Source of the DNA: Octopus bimaculoides
Lineage: Eukaryota
Direction of reading: 5' to 3'
Length of the DNA: 64,000 nt
Assembly (NCBI RefSeq): GCF_001194135.2
Contig: NC_068981.1
Span: 80,257,139-80,321,138, forward strand
Within the stretch, counting starts at the first letter, position 1. Each line of letters opens with the position of its first letter. Made by a program: the position numbers and the translations under genes. Below the pieces are notes generated by a model. It did no database searches. It saw nothing but the letters and a program-made list of their open reading frames with translations, and was not told the DNA's origin. This document shows, one piece after another, positions 26,327-39,959 of this stretch.

Positions 26327-26594
26327 GTAAGTAATTCATTATGCCATTTCAGTATATTCTATGCATATAAAATGTCAGACATTATGTACAGTTTTACACT
26401 AATCAGGTTAAAATATTTGTTTTTGGATTTTACTAATTGAGCATCCTGAAATGATCCATAAGACTGTACACCAGAATACATACATATCTAGGAGCCGTAC
26501 ACTCAACACACTGGAACATGAAAATGTAATGGAATATCTATAGCCTTATCTCTCTACTTTCTTATTTTCTTAAAAATATATGTATGTGTATGTG

Positions 26595-26639
<45 letters not shown>

Positions 26640-26814
26640 TGATGATTTTTTGATGTAATTTTTCCTGCTCTTTATTTTATAATATATAATTGCTCTTATT
26701 AAATGTCTAAATACCTTTAATATTTTAGACATTTCCCTACCAAGATCACTTATTCAAAATTCAGTATACTGTATTCTCATTCAATATATTCGATTAACTA
26801 TATGTATATATATA

Positions 26815-27201
26815 NNNNNNNNNNNNNNNNNNNNNNNNNNNNNNNNNNNNNNNNNNNNNNNNNNNNNNNNNNNNNNNNNNNNNNNNNNNNNNNNNNNNNN
26901 NNNNNNNNNNNNNNNNNNNNNNNNNNNNNNNNNNNNNNNNNNNNNNNNNNNNNNNNNNNNNNNNNNNNNNNNNNNNNNNNNNNNNNNNNNNNNNNNNNNN
27001 NNNNNNNNNNNNNNNNNNNNNNNNNNNNNNNNNNNNNNNNNNNNNNNNNNNNNNNNNNNNNNNNNNNNNNNNNNNNNNNNNNNNNNNNNNNNNNNNNNNN
27101 NNNNNNNNNNNNNNNNNNNNNNNNNNNNNNNNNNNNNNNNNNNNNNNNNNNNNNNNNNNNNNNNNNNNNNNNNNNNNNNNNNNNNNNNNNNNNNNNNNNN
27201 N
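26815..27201. other. Assembly gap (387 N) flanked by (TA)n
   Basis: N run. The X-containing ORFs are artefacts. Confidence 0.99.
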
Positions 27202-27244
<43 letters not shown>

Positions 27245-27505
27245 ATGGACTGGCTCTTGTGCGGGTGACACATAAAATACACCATTTTGAGCGTGGCCGT
27301 TGCCAGTATCGCCTGACTGGCCTTCGTGTGGGTGACACGTAAAAGCACCCATTACACTCTCGGAGTGGTTGGCGTTAGGAAGGGCATCCAGCTGTAGAAA
27401 CTCTGCCAAATCAGATTGGAGCCTGGTGTAGCCTTTGGGTTCCACCAGTCCTCAGTCAAATCGTCCAACCCATGCTAGCATGGAAAGCAGACGTTAAACG
27501 ATAAT
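27245..27505 (+). mobile_element. Young (CpG-retaining) copy of retroposon family C, which ends in a (GAT)n-type tail
   Basis: aaaagcacccattacactctcggagtggttggcgttaggaagggcatccagctgtagaaac...acccatgctagcatggaaagcagacgttaaacgat. Confidence 0.8.
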
Positions 27506-29620
27506 GTAAATCTCTGCAAAATATAAAAACATTGATTTGGAACTTATGTTTCACTAAAATATCTCTAAAATTATTTAAAGGGCAAGAATATTAAATGAAA
27601 ATGTAATCAGTTAGAAACAAAACTATAGCATCATCTTTTGATGTAAATGTGTTAAGAATTATTGCTTTCTTAATAAAAAAAAAAAAAAAGCTTGTATTTC
27701 TTGTGTTGTTGCTCTTGACATCAGCAAATCTTTGACCATATCTGACAAGAATTTATAACTAAATTATCCATCTATGGGCTTCAATCATCTCTCATCTTTT
27801 GGATTGGAAATTTCTTAAAAGACCACTAAGTTGCAGAATATACTGATGGGACTCCCTGCATAAATTATAGTGTATCAATAAAGTTGATTTATATCTCCTA
27901 CATCCTTCCTTTCAATTGATTTATCAATACTTCTAATTAGATTGACTCCTATATAGATAATACTATTTTTCCCTTTACATTCTTCTATAAACTTCACATA
28001 GATGTATGTCATCTATATGCATCCTAAACATTTCATACCAGACATACACAACTTTCATAGGAATAGAAGCCACAAATTACTTCTTTATTTCTATAATGGG
28101 GACATGGCCATCTAATTTCCTTTAACAGCACACAGTTACAATTACTAAATGTATAAATGTAAACAGTCTTTTACTACACCTTCTCAACACATGAAGAATT
28201 CATGACTAAAGTGAAGGTGCTGACACTATATATGCAAATATCTAAAATGCATTAAAAAAAATTACAAAAAAACCCCCAGACTATTTGGCTAATTGTCAAA
28301 TATTTGATCACCAACACACTAAAATCACTGGTTCATAAACATGCTGTTTCTTCTCCCCATCTCTTCTATTATACTGTAACAGTCTCTGTTCCTCTCAGTT
28401 AGCTCACTACATGTCACTTAGTCCCAAGCTTGGGTCTAAATGGCATTCCTCATACTCTCTCCCCTCTCAAATCTCTCACTAAACACTTTACTGAATCATT
28501 ACTTCCCAGAACTACAATCTTCTGAAATTCTCATCTACATTTTTCCTACTCATGCTCAAACTGAACATTAACTGTATTGCTCTCTCCAGTTTGGAGAGCT
28601 TGCAGAAGTTATGGATACTGCTACACTTTCTCCTCTAACTAATGAAAAAAATTGCTACATGTTCTGGTATCTGTTGTAGTATCATGGTTTTTTTTTTTTT
28701 TTATTGTTATTATTTTAGTAATTTTACTTTCCTGTTTTTATGGGCTTGAAAAATTAGGGGTTTGTCAGGATTTTGCTAAAGTAATTATAATCTTTCTGAT
28801 ATGAATGTAATATAGATTTTGTGGTTGATGAGAAATAATTTCTAGTTCAATACATGTATTTTTCTAATATTCATAGCTTGAATTCAATCTGGGATTACAT
28901 GGACATCTGGAAACAAGACACCTGGTAACAATTGGAGTGTAGATCAGATTGATCAAAATGTCAATATACACTGTAAATGTGTGGTTAATGGTTCAGAATT
29001 GCATAATCTTATGACTGAAGCTCTTTTGTTGATATTATGATAACTGTGTAATTCAGCAGTAAAACATTAATCCTAAAATATGTAGCCTCATCTATTACTG
29101 GGTTGTTTATCACTGACGCAGGATAACATGACACGCTCAACTGTGACCCATGTTACACTTATCATAAATTGATCTGTGATAACACAGGTTTGTAATCAGC
29201 TGAAGATTTTGCTTATACCACAACAATGCACCCTAGTGACCAGCCACAATGCCCAGTTACCCAGAATGCATGGTCTATCACTTGTATTTACATCACTGTG
29301 CTACAAGGCTGTGTATTCTTTTCATGAATTTACATGCACACACCCATCATAAGACCTATAAAAAGAAAACATGCAAAGGTACTTATCCTAACAAATGATG
29401 CAAATGAGTATATTCTCTACAGGAAAAGGACTGCAAGTTTGATGTCAATGACACTAGCATTATTTCTATTTACTAAGTGGAGAAGATTCATTTTCGACTG
29501 TGACATTTTTTTAAACTAAATTCTGTGATAAACATGTATTTGCTAAATTTACACCTTTATTTTTATTTATTTGCATTGTTTTTTTATGATTATTATTCTC
29601 TATTCTTATTATCTTTAAAG

Positions 29621-29955
29621 GTTTATCCAGTCCCTTAGTGTTAGTCACCGTCAACTTGTTTCTTTACTGTTTGGAATATGGTTTCGTATTGTTAATCATT
29701 CCGATATCAATTCCATGACAGTGGAAACATTGGCTCGGAGTGTTGCTGGAAGCATGTTTTTGACATGCGCTGATGACCCAGACAAAGTGGAACTAGCTAT
29801 TCGGATTATGCAATTGCTCATTGACAATTTCGGAGTAGCCAATATGTTTGGCCATGAAAATATTACCTACTTCACACAAACTACACTCACTGGTATTAAT
29901 GTGCGGGAAAAATTTCGCTATGAATATAATTACCCACCTGAGGAAATCCTGCCTC
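29621..29955 (+). CDS. RhoGAP-domain protein, exon D: FIQSLSVSHRQLVSLLFGIWFRIVNHSDINSMTVETLARSVAGSMFLTCADDPDKVELAIRIMQLLIDNFGVANMFGHENITYFTQTTLTGINVREKFRYEYNYPPEEILP
   Basis: Acceptor ttatctttaaag| and donor CCTC|gtaagt. 335 nt, phase 2 to 1, matching exon C. Same frame as ORF 29715-30125. NSMTVETLA aligns to the RhoGAP NKMxxxNLA motif. Confidence 0.93.
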
Positions 29956-32900
29956 GTAAGTATCGTTGCTGCTTTTTTATTTTATACTTTATTAACTTAT
30001 TAACTCATGCACTAACTCACTTATTCAAGACTCAGTTGTTTTTAAAAGGACATTTAACATTTTGTACATATCTATTGCATAATTTGAGCTTATATTTGAA
30101 GAGAATCAGTAAAATTTCAATGTAGAAAAACTATTGATTTATATTAGAGTATGGATAGTTCTTTGATTTTGATTATGTCTATGTTTTTAAATGTTTTCAC
30201 ATCTTCATATCCTAACAATATTCTGATTTTAATTGAACAATACATGTCTGGTTTATTGTTTAATATGTTAAAGCAAACATAAATAAGTTTTTACTTTACA
30301 TTTTGATCTCAACTTTGTTACTTTATAACCTTAAGTAGTTTTATAGTTAAAAATAATAAAAACTAGTGTGTTATGTAGCATGATAATCTTTTTTCGAAAA
30401 ATTAGCCAAAATATAAATAACAAAGAATGATGAAATGCTACCACTTAATATATTTTAACTTTCTTTTCTATCATTTCTGCTCAAGAATTTTAAAATAATG
30501 ATTATATTTTTATTATATATTTATTATTACTGTTCTTTCTTTATATTTTTATATATACTTTTGCTATTATATCTTTCATTTTGAGTTTGTCAGTTTTCTT
30601 TTATTCGCTTAAACTTTATGAAAAAAACTGAAATTGAAGATTTAATAATACTAAGAACATTATATAGTTTAAATTTAGTTCAAATCAATGCTGAATCTAA
30701 ATCAATACTGAATCAATTTAAAAATGGAAAACAATAAGTGAAGAAAACATGAGAGAAAACAATGTAGTCATGAAATATTCAACATGCCTTTATTATTATA
30801 TTTGAATAGTGAGTGTGTGTGGTTGTATGGTGACTCACACTGTATGTGCTGATAGATATTTTCTTCTGAACTATATAACTTTTTCTTTTCTAAATTACAT
30901 TTGCTCTCATTCCAAAGGGAATTAAAATAATAATAATAAAATCATAAATCATACTGTTTATACATCAATATTTTTTTAAATAATAAATCATTTACAATAG
31001 TAAAAAACAATTTTATTGGTTTAGTTTAAATCACTCAAAAATTCCTGTTTTTTTTTTATTATTATAGAAATTAATATAATTCTGTTTTGTTTCCAGTATT
31101 TGTTTTTATTTTGCACTATTTCTACTATATAATATTTTTCATTTTCAAATCTAGTTTTCAAACTTAGCTTCGTGCATAACAAACCTGATTATGAATCATC
31201 ATGTAAACTCAAGAAATTCCTTATGAAAATTATGTAATGTAAAGTGCCTAAAAATAAGAAAATCTACCTAACTTTTTTAAAGCACAATAAAAATTTTCAA
31301 TATTTTAGTGTGTGAATCAGAAGTAGAATGGTGATATGTTTGAGTGCCAGACAAAAGTCTTGCAATATTCTATATCCCTTAGTTCAAATCTTGCTAGGCT
31401 CAATTTTGATATACGTAGTCAGAAGTAGTCCAGATCTGAAGAAAGATATTCCTTGACAACTTGTAGATTCAGGTCTGGGGTTAATTTCCAGATGATCTAC
31501 TATGAACTAGATGGACTGAGGCAATGTAGAATAGGAGTGAAAGCTTATGTTTGTAAAAGCAAGTAAACCATGATAGGTGGAGCTATGAGCTTCACTGAAG
31601 TACAACATAGATGCCATGTAAATAGTAGTACAGCTTTCCTTAGTGTCAAAGAAATTCAGTTTAAGACACTTCATAAGAAAAATGCAATAACAATAAAATA
31701 TTTCATTTTGTACACAATCCTTTCTCATTTTATAATATTCAACAGTATTTCTCTGAGCCAGTTAATATGGCTGGTTTGTATGTAATAGTATTCCTAATAA
31801 ATCAATATGACCTGCTAGTGCTTAGACATCATTACTGATCAGTGACATTCCTAGTCCAATAATCTGAAATATATTTTGCAACAAGATATTTCAGTTTAAG
31901 TTTGTTTCTTTACCATCTTTACCAAAATAGAATTATTTCCTTTTGTTTTTACTTTTTCCTATTTCAAATATTTACTATTTATATTTACTTTTGAAAATTT
32001 CTGCAGATTTCCCTTTTAACTAATCATTCTAAATCACAAGTGTCCAAAGTTCCAGTGCTCAACTCTGGTTCTCTTAAGTGAATAAAAGATAAACCACATA
32101 AAAATCAGCAAAATCATGGTCAGTACCATTTTCTTAGTGAGATATAAGGTGTAAATTGTAGCAGATAAGATTGGATGATGTTCAAACTGTTTCTCAAGGA
32201 TATCAGTAGTGCATGCAAAAGGAATCGGTTTCAACTCATAATCAAAACCATGTCTCTGTCTGGAGCTCACCTTTTATCTTAAAATACTTCCCACTGTTGT
32301 ACTCTATGTTACTTTGCTTCCTGACAGACACATTTTTACTTAGAGTAAGATAAAATATTATTTGAAATTCATAATTGTTTTTTACATTGGCACAAAGCCA
32401 TATATTCGATCGGGAAGCAGGAGGGAAACAAAACAATTGTGGTAGATTTTTAATTTCAATCACTGATTCATGAAACTAAATAGTTGTAAGTCATTTAGTC
32501 TATTGCTCTCTCAATTCCTGTCACTCCTATTTTTTCCCATTTCATGTTCATAATAAGTAGAGTAGCTTTAGGAAAGTGGAGTTATTTGCCATAATCAGAT
32601 ATTCAAAACGAGGCTTGCAGGAGGATACAAATTCATGGAATGTTCATTAAGAACACGATACTATCATATTGCTCATTACCCTTTTAACAGTTTATATTGT
32701 TTACTTAATTATGTTGTATTTTTCTGTGGTGAAGCAAAGTGCTTATTGGTAGCCTGTCTTACTTTAATAATTTCTAAAAAGAATTAAAATCAAACATATG
32801 CCCTTTTATTTTGCTGATAGTTATTCAAAATATTCACATCTTTTCTTTTATGGTATTACTTTTGCTATTGCTGAACAAGTTTCGTACATTCTCTTGTGAA

Positions 32901-33835
32901 TTGATTTTGTATCTTGTTCTTATTATTTGAAAATAGTTTGAATCCAGCCTGTCTAAAAGATGTTTATAATTTGAAACTGGTTTTATATTTATATTTTATG
33001 ATGTGACTTGTGATATTATTTTATCATTAGACACTAAGGTTCTTTATATCAAGAACAACCTGAACTTTGACTCTTATAGCAGCTGCTGCTAGATTTCAGA
33101 AGAATTATGATCTTTGGAGATTAATTCAGAAATGTTATATCTTGTAGCATTTGAGTTCACCATTCAGTTTTGTGTTATAAACCATCTATTTTGAGGTGAT
33201 CAGTAAATAATGTATAAGTACATTTAATCATCTCATTTCAGATATTTATGGAAGAGTAAAAATTTTAAGAATTTTCTAATTTTTGAGTTAACAGTTACAC
33301 TGATGAAATTACTCATTTTATTCAAACTTTTAATAATTTTCCAACTATGTTCAAACTAAATATAAATAAAATGTGATAAGTTGAAGTGTAAAAAAACAAA
33401 AACTTTTTTATCACGTGTTAACAAAAACTTACGAGATCAGAACCATATGTTGACTTACTGAAACAGTCATGTTTCCTTACAGAAGTTTAAGTAGGGAGTA
33501 ATTCAGTGATTTAAACTTTAGTGTATTATTTTTATTTGAATGTTTAACCTTTTAGCTGCTTACCAAAGAATTTACTGAGTTTTATTTTTGTTTGGTACTA
33601 AAACAATCAAGATACTTCTAATAATTTGTATTTAATTACTCTTTATCTATAAAATCATTTATCAACAAGGGTGTTTATTTGGAGCTATAGAGATCTCATT
33701 CCCGTTTGTGTTCCTTGTAGAGATAGTATTAAAGTATGAAAAGAATGTTAGCTGTTATTACATACACACAGTGTGATAAGCTTTAAGGGATTTATGTAAC
33801 ATTTATTAATTCAAACATTAGCAGTTAAAACAAAT

Positions 33836-33941
33836 TATAAATTATTATACAAGTTGTGATCAGATAAGTAGAATACAGTTACAATAATAAATTATTATAT
33901 AAGTTGTGATCAGATAAGTAGAATACAGTTACAATAATAAA
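33836..33941 (+). repeat. Tandem duplication of a 50-bp unit (1 mismatch)
   Basis: attattata(c/t)aagttgtgatcagataagtagaatacagttacaataataa occurs at 33841 and 33891. Confidence 0.95.
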
Positions 33942-35114
33942 GTTTTATAATAAAATATCTGATACAATAACTATTCTGAAATCTCTAGTATGGGAGGTTT
34001 TTAGAAACTATATTTCTATAAGAGAAAATCCAATCTGTTTATTTTCCAAATCCATATGCAGTCTAAATATTTCAGTTAAAAATGTTGATTCATAGTGTTA
34101 TTCTGAAATTATAATTGTAAGAAAATAGCCTACAGTTGTATGCTGGTTGTTGGTTCCCTTCCCCCTAATTCTATTATATTTAATATAAAAGGCTAAAATA
34201 ACTGAAATTCATAGAATTTTCATGGATCTAGTTCGTTATTTTAAGGAAATATCATCACTGTGTAGAGTAGCTTTAATTCATTCTGCTAAAAAACAATAGC
34301 AAACAAATTTTAGCAATACCTTTTCAGTGAGTGAAGATGTTTTGAATTGTAAACTTGATTCAGTCATTATTATAATCAAGTTGTTGAAATATTAACCCTT
34401 TCAGATTTTCAAGCTAGTACTTGCTTTAGTTTAAACCCAGGACATAGTGGTTTGATGAAGCGACAAGGGTTTAAAGAGTGATTCATTTTAGATGGAGCAT
34501 CTAGCTATTAAAATTCCAACTTCTACAATACATGCAAATCTCACATATTTGCACTTGGTACTAGTCCTTTCTAGAATTAAAAGAAAATGTTGAAAACAAT
34601 AATAAAAAAAAAGAAAATGATCATGTATTACTATATGAGATGCATTAAAGAAAAGAAGCTAAATAAAAGAAAAAAGATTTTTTTCAAATGTTGAGCTTCT
34701 GTATTTTGTATAATTTCATATTGATGAATGCTTCCATTTGACAAAACCTGTCTAAATATTTAATGAAATTTTGTAATGTTAATGGAAGATATATGTGAAA
34801 GATATACTGAGCAGATTATTGTTTGTAAAGAAATACAAAACAGTAGCACTTACGTATATGTATTTATATCTACGGATGAGTCACTATTATTAGTTCTATC
34901 AGCAGAGCTAAGAATACCATAGTGTTCATTACCTTATACATTAGCATCACTAGAATTTTTTAAATGGATTTCATGTAGACATAATACTTAAAGTAAGAGG
35001 TAGTTGTGTTAAGTTTATACTTAAGTCTCTGCAGTTCTCTTGGGTGATTTTCTCAGTATTATTCATGATCAGATGTTAATAAAGGAAATTTTTGGACTGT
35101 ACCAATGAAGAAAC

Positions 35115-35150
<36 letters not shown>

Positions 35151-36042
35151 CCCATTGTAATCTATAGTTTGAGAATTTCCATATCTTTGTAATGTGTTCA
35201 CTAACTTCAAAAACGAATTCCTACTTATCTAAATGATCATCTGGAAAAAATAAAATACAACCTAATTAATTCATTTCTCTGGTTATGTTGCATAATGAAT
35301 GCAAATAGTTGGAAACATTTATTGGTTAGTTATCTTGGGAAAAGCTTGATCATCAGTTCAATATCAGATTTTAGCAGCCACATCATTACTCATTGCAATT
35401 CTGTGTGGCTTTTCCATGACTAAATAATTAACAGAGAAAGAGATTAAAAAAAAAATCATGTTTCAGAGGTACCGCCTTTCACTTATATATTGATTTCTAT
35501 CAGATCTTAACCTTATTTGATATTTATTGAAAAACGTTTCTTGTATCATTGGTATTTGTGGAATCTGTTCTTCTGATGAATGTCATAAAAGTTAAATCAT
35601 TGTTATCAATGGACAATGACTCAGTAATACAGTATGGTACTTTTATTCTTATTGTTGAGAGATGGTTGCTCTTCCATAATTCTGTTGTCAAATGTTGAGT
35701 TATTTGGACAAGCCACATAATTTTATATTTGTGAAGGGAGTGAAATGTGAAGTTGTAGATTTTCCATAAGCATAAGTAGCATAGGGGAACTGAAATAACT
35801 TCAGTTAGGACTTTATGGCATATTGCATATTCACCAAGTGGTATAAAAATGTAACTATTCCCGTTAAAGCTCTTATATCTTCAGCATGTTTGTAATCCAG
35901 TTTGATTCCTTGTTCAAACTGTTTTGTGTAATTTATTAATTTCCTTGCAAAATCATTATTATAGATTACTATTTCTCTTTTATGTGAGCATGAAAGTTTA
36001 AGAATTTGGATTGCTAGACCAATTCTTTTATCATCATCATCA

Positions 36043-36230
36043 TCCTTTAACATCCATTTTCTATGCTGGCATGTATTGGACAGTTTGGCCAGAGAGCTGC
36101 ACCAGGTTCCAGTCTGATTTGGCTTGGTTTTTATGGCTGTTTGCCCTTCCTAACACCAATCACTTTACAGTGTATACTGGGTGTTCTTAATGTAGCACTG
36201 GCATAAGTGCTTTTATGTGGTGCTGCCACA
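36043..36230 (-). mobile_element. Family C retroposon 3' fragment
   Basis: catcatcatcatcctttaacatcc...gcccttcctaacaccaatcac. Confidence 0.75.
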
Positions 36231-37017
36231 GGACTCTTGCAAGCCAATCCTCTTCCCTGGGGAATGCGGCCTTAACACTTCTGCTGTGGAAAATGGGTCT
36301 TCTTGAGCACCAAGTATCTCAGTCCTTTGTCATTTTCTCTAAAAGGTTTGGCGTCCTGAGGTCTTTATCCCATATATTCCTACTTCATGTACTTCTGTAC
36401 TTCATCCCATATATTCCTAGGTCTTCTTCTTCCCAAACAACACCTTATAGTATACCCTCTTTTAAGTAATATTGACTCCTAAATTTAGAAATGGTTGGTT
36501 TTGTTTAAAAATTGTTTATTATTTGTCAGTATCTTCTTGTCTCTGATATTAATAAATGTATTATACAGTTTTTTTTTTATTGTACTCTAAACAAATATTC
36601 ATTTGAAAACTATAAAAATGATACATTTCATGCTTTTGTTGGTTTTGACAAATGTTTAGATTTTTTTCTATACTTTATTGGGTGAATATAAAATTCAGTT
36701 GCTATTTATTTCTGAACTTTTTCTCGGTTTAACCATTCTTTCTCTTTCACATTTTTTAAACATCAAATATTTTGTCTACTTATTTGTGTAGCTATTAATT
36801 ATTTATGTCTGTTCTTTATATTTCCAACCATTTTTCCCCACCAGATATATACACAAGTCTTGAATCCATTATTGGTTATTAAAAAAAAATGAAAAATTAA
36901 TAATCAACTGTGGTGATAAGGTTGTATTTATTGCAGTTAAATAGAGGATGATTAATGGTGCCCACAGCTCTGTTTTAAGATCCTTTGGCATAGGATTATA
37001 TTATATATATATATATC

Positions 37018-37325
37018 ATGATCATCATCGTTTAACGTCTGCTTTCCATGGACAATTTGACTGAAGACTGGCAAGCCAGAAGGCTGCACCAGGCTCCAAT
37101 CTGATCTGGCAGAGTTTATACAGCTGAATGCCCTTCCTAACGCCAACCACTCTGATCATCATCATCGTCATCATCCTTTAACATCTGTTTTCCATGCTGG
37201 CATCGGTTGAACAGTTTGACCAGAGCTGGAGAGCTGCACCAGGTTCCAATCTGATTTGGCTTGGTTTCTATAGCTATATGCCCTTCCTTACACCAACCTC
37301 TTTCATGTGGCACTGGCACACGGCT
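37018..37325 (-). mobile_element. Two tandem family C 3' fragments (37018-37150 and 37153-37325)
   Basis: Each begins with a (CAT)n tail and carries gcccttcct(a/t)ac(g/a)ccaacc. Confidence 0.75.
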
Positions 37326-38000
37326 CTTGCAGACCAATGTTCTTCACCAGGGGAAGTGGCCATATATAAATATATGAATGAGGTTAATATAGTTGTAGTC
37401 ACCTTGTAATCACGTTGCTTGTTAGGGATTAGAGTGTATACTTGAGGAGGGAAAAGGGAATTGCAGAGTTTCAGGTCTGGTAAAGAAGGACTCAGAAACC
37501 TGCTTAATCAAGGTGTTGCGACTGTGCTGATGACATGTAAGGTTGGAGTGATGGAAAGTGCAGTTTAAATTGGAGTAATATAGAGCTAGCCTTTTCAGTG
37601 TTATTAAAGTTTTTGTCAGTGTTGTTTGAGCTTATATGTGCATTTGCATATATGTGTGAAAAAAATGTGTGTAATTTAGTTTAGATACAACAATTTCTAT
37701 ATTTCGCTCGATCCAAGGTGATGATGAAGTGTCACTGAAAATGTTATGGCATTAATAGATTCCACAATTGACCATTTGTTGGAAATATGGTGTTTTGATT
37801 CGATTAAGCTTAGTTTTCTCAGGTTTTATTGCTCAAAGTGGCAAAATTATAACTTTTATATATTGAAGAAAGTCTTAATCTATATATAAGCATATCAATT
37901 TGAGTTTATTTCATTGAATTTTTTTAATTTGGTAATATCAGTCAATATATACACTTAGTTTTATAGAATATCAAAATTAACAGAAATCTTTAGTAAACAT

Positions 38001-38329
38001 TAAAGATTATTTGCCAACATAACGTGGCAGTCATGGTTAGGATGAATGCTACTGCTATTTAGCTCCAGAAAACATCGTCTCCAGCTGACTATACAAAACA
38101 CTATCTGTGTCCTTATATTTTCGAAAAAGGGAGTTTAGTATACCCGCTCAGCATAAAATAATATGTGTGTATCGTGATTTCGGGGTTATTTCTCTTCATC
38201 AGCACAGAATAACTGTTCAGCTGGAGGTGGCATTGCCAAAGTCTTGTTCGAATAGTGCTTCCTGGGGCTAAATAGTAGTAGCATTTGTCCTAACTAGGAC
38301 TGCCACGTTATGTTGGCAAATAATCTTTA
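38001..38329. mobile_element. MITE with about 68-bp terminal inverted repeats, TA at both ends
   Basis: taaagattatttgccaacataacgtggcagtc...ttagctccag at the left end; near-exact reverse complement ctggggctaaa...gactgccacgttatgttggcaaataatcttta at the right end. Confidence 0.85.
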
Positions 38330-38456
38330 CTCTACAGTACTGTTACTGAATGCCTTTCGTTGAGAGATTTACAAATAGTGATTTAGTAAATATTTTTCTT
38401 ATGTAAATGTGTGTACCTTGGTGAGTGTGTGTTTGTAGGAAATGCCAAGGACTCTA

Positions 38457-38838
38457 TAATTCTCTTGACTTTATGCACTTATAACACCACTTATTCTGCA
38501 TCTAAGCTGATGATGCCAAATATACTACTTAATTCTTCTGTGAATCACTGGATGACCAACAGGCTGGTCTAGAAATGCAGGATCTTTTTTTTCATTGGAA
38601 TTGGTGAAAGTAGATAATAGCATCATTTGGTTCATTTCTTATAGCAAGGGTGACAAGAAATGAACCAAATGATGCTATTATCTACTTTCACCAATTCCAA
38701 TGAAAAAAAAGATCCTGCATTTCTAGACCAGCCTGTTGGTCATCCAGTGATTCACAGAAGAATTAAGTAGTATATTTGGCATCATCAGCTTAGATGCAGA
38801 ATAAGTGGTGTTATAAGTGCATAAAGTCAAGAGAATTA
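38457..38838. repeat. Perfect inverted repeat: 184-bp arms (38457-38640 and 38655-38838) with a 14-nt spacer
   Basis: Checked base by base: no mismatches or indels, including the T8/A8 run. Confidence 0.97.
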
Positions 38839-39959
38839 CAGAATAAATATCACTAGAGTCTTGGTTCAAAAAGCACAAATTTTAAATTTTTGTGAGGGTG
38901 TTTTTTAAATGTCACTACATATATGTATATGCATGGACACATATACAGTGAATTTCTCCGTAGTTTTCTGTCCATCAAATTCCACTCAAAAAGTATTGGC
39001 CAGCTTGAGGCTATGATAAAAGACTTGTCCATTCAGTAGGATCGAACCTAGAAGTAAATTATTGTGAAGCATAATTCTTAATCACATAGCTATCCCTGTG
39101 GCATAACAAGTTCCATAAGAACCTCTCTATGTCGTGGTGGTGATGTTGAATACATTGTTTACCTAGATTAGTGAAGTGAGTACATGTGCCTTTTATGTCT
39201 CATTTATAGTTTATGTTTTTGTTTAATTTAACTTATTCAATTATTTATATTGATTTGATTTCTTTTTTTTTTTATTTTAACATTTGGTTAATTCTATTAA
39301 ATTTTCTAAATAAATATAAATGTAAAAATACTTTGAAATAATTCCATTTTAATTTGTTTGTTGCATTGTTTTGTTTCATTGTTTTCTCTTCAATTGATAG
39401 AATGTTCATAAAATAAAATAGTTAGATAGAATGTTCATAAAATAAAATATCAGCCATATGAACAACAAAAACATCTTTCTCTAATTGTTAATATTAATTT
39501 TAATTTTTGATATTATCAGTTACTGAGTGACTTCTATTGTAGAAAGGAATTAACGTACTTATTTGTAAAATATTCATCCTTCATAATTAAAATTACTTGG
39601 AATGGAGAATTCTCACAGAGCAATTAACACTAGTCTTTGTTGTTGTTGTTGTTGTTACTCTTGTAGTTATGTTAACAAAGATAGAATGCAAGTTTAATTT
39701 TTGTTGGGTTAATTAACATAAATACGACTAATAGTTGTAAAATAATAACAAAGGACTATTAACAAACAATGCACATTTTGCTTAAACAAATTGGCAATGT
39801 ATCCTTTAATTACATGTTATATAAATATAATTACCATGACAGATTAATTAATTTGATAACAGATTTAGAAAATCTGTAATTAACACTGCCACCTCTCCCA
39901 TGATTACCAGCGCATGCTCTCTCTGTAGTGCATGTATGTTTTGTCCCTTGCATGTGTAG

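Noticed and set aside
26781-27445. Longest ORFs in the track (157-215 aa)
   Set aside because: Artefacts of the 387-N gap, flanking (TA)n and a family C retroposon.
29956-30125. Continuation of ORF 29715-30125 (KYRCCFFILY...)
   Set aside because: Read-through past a consensus donor (C|gtaagt) into AT-rich intron.
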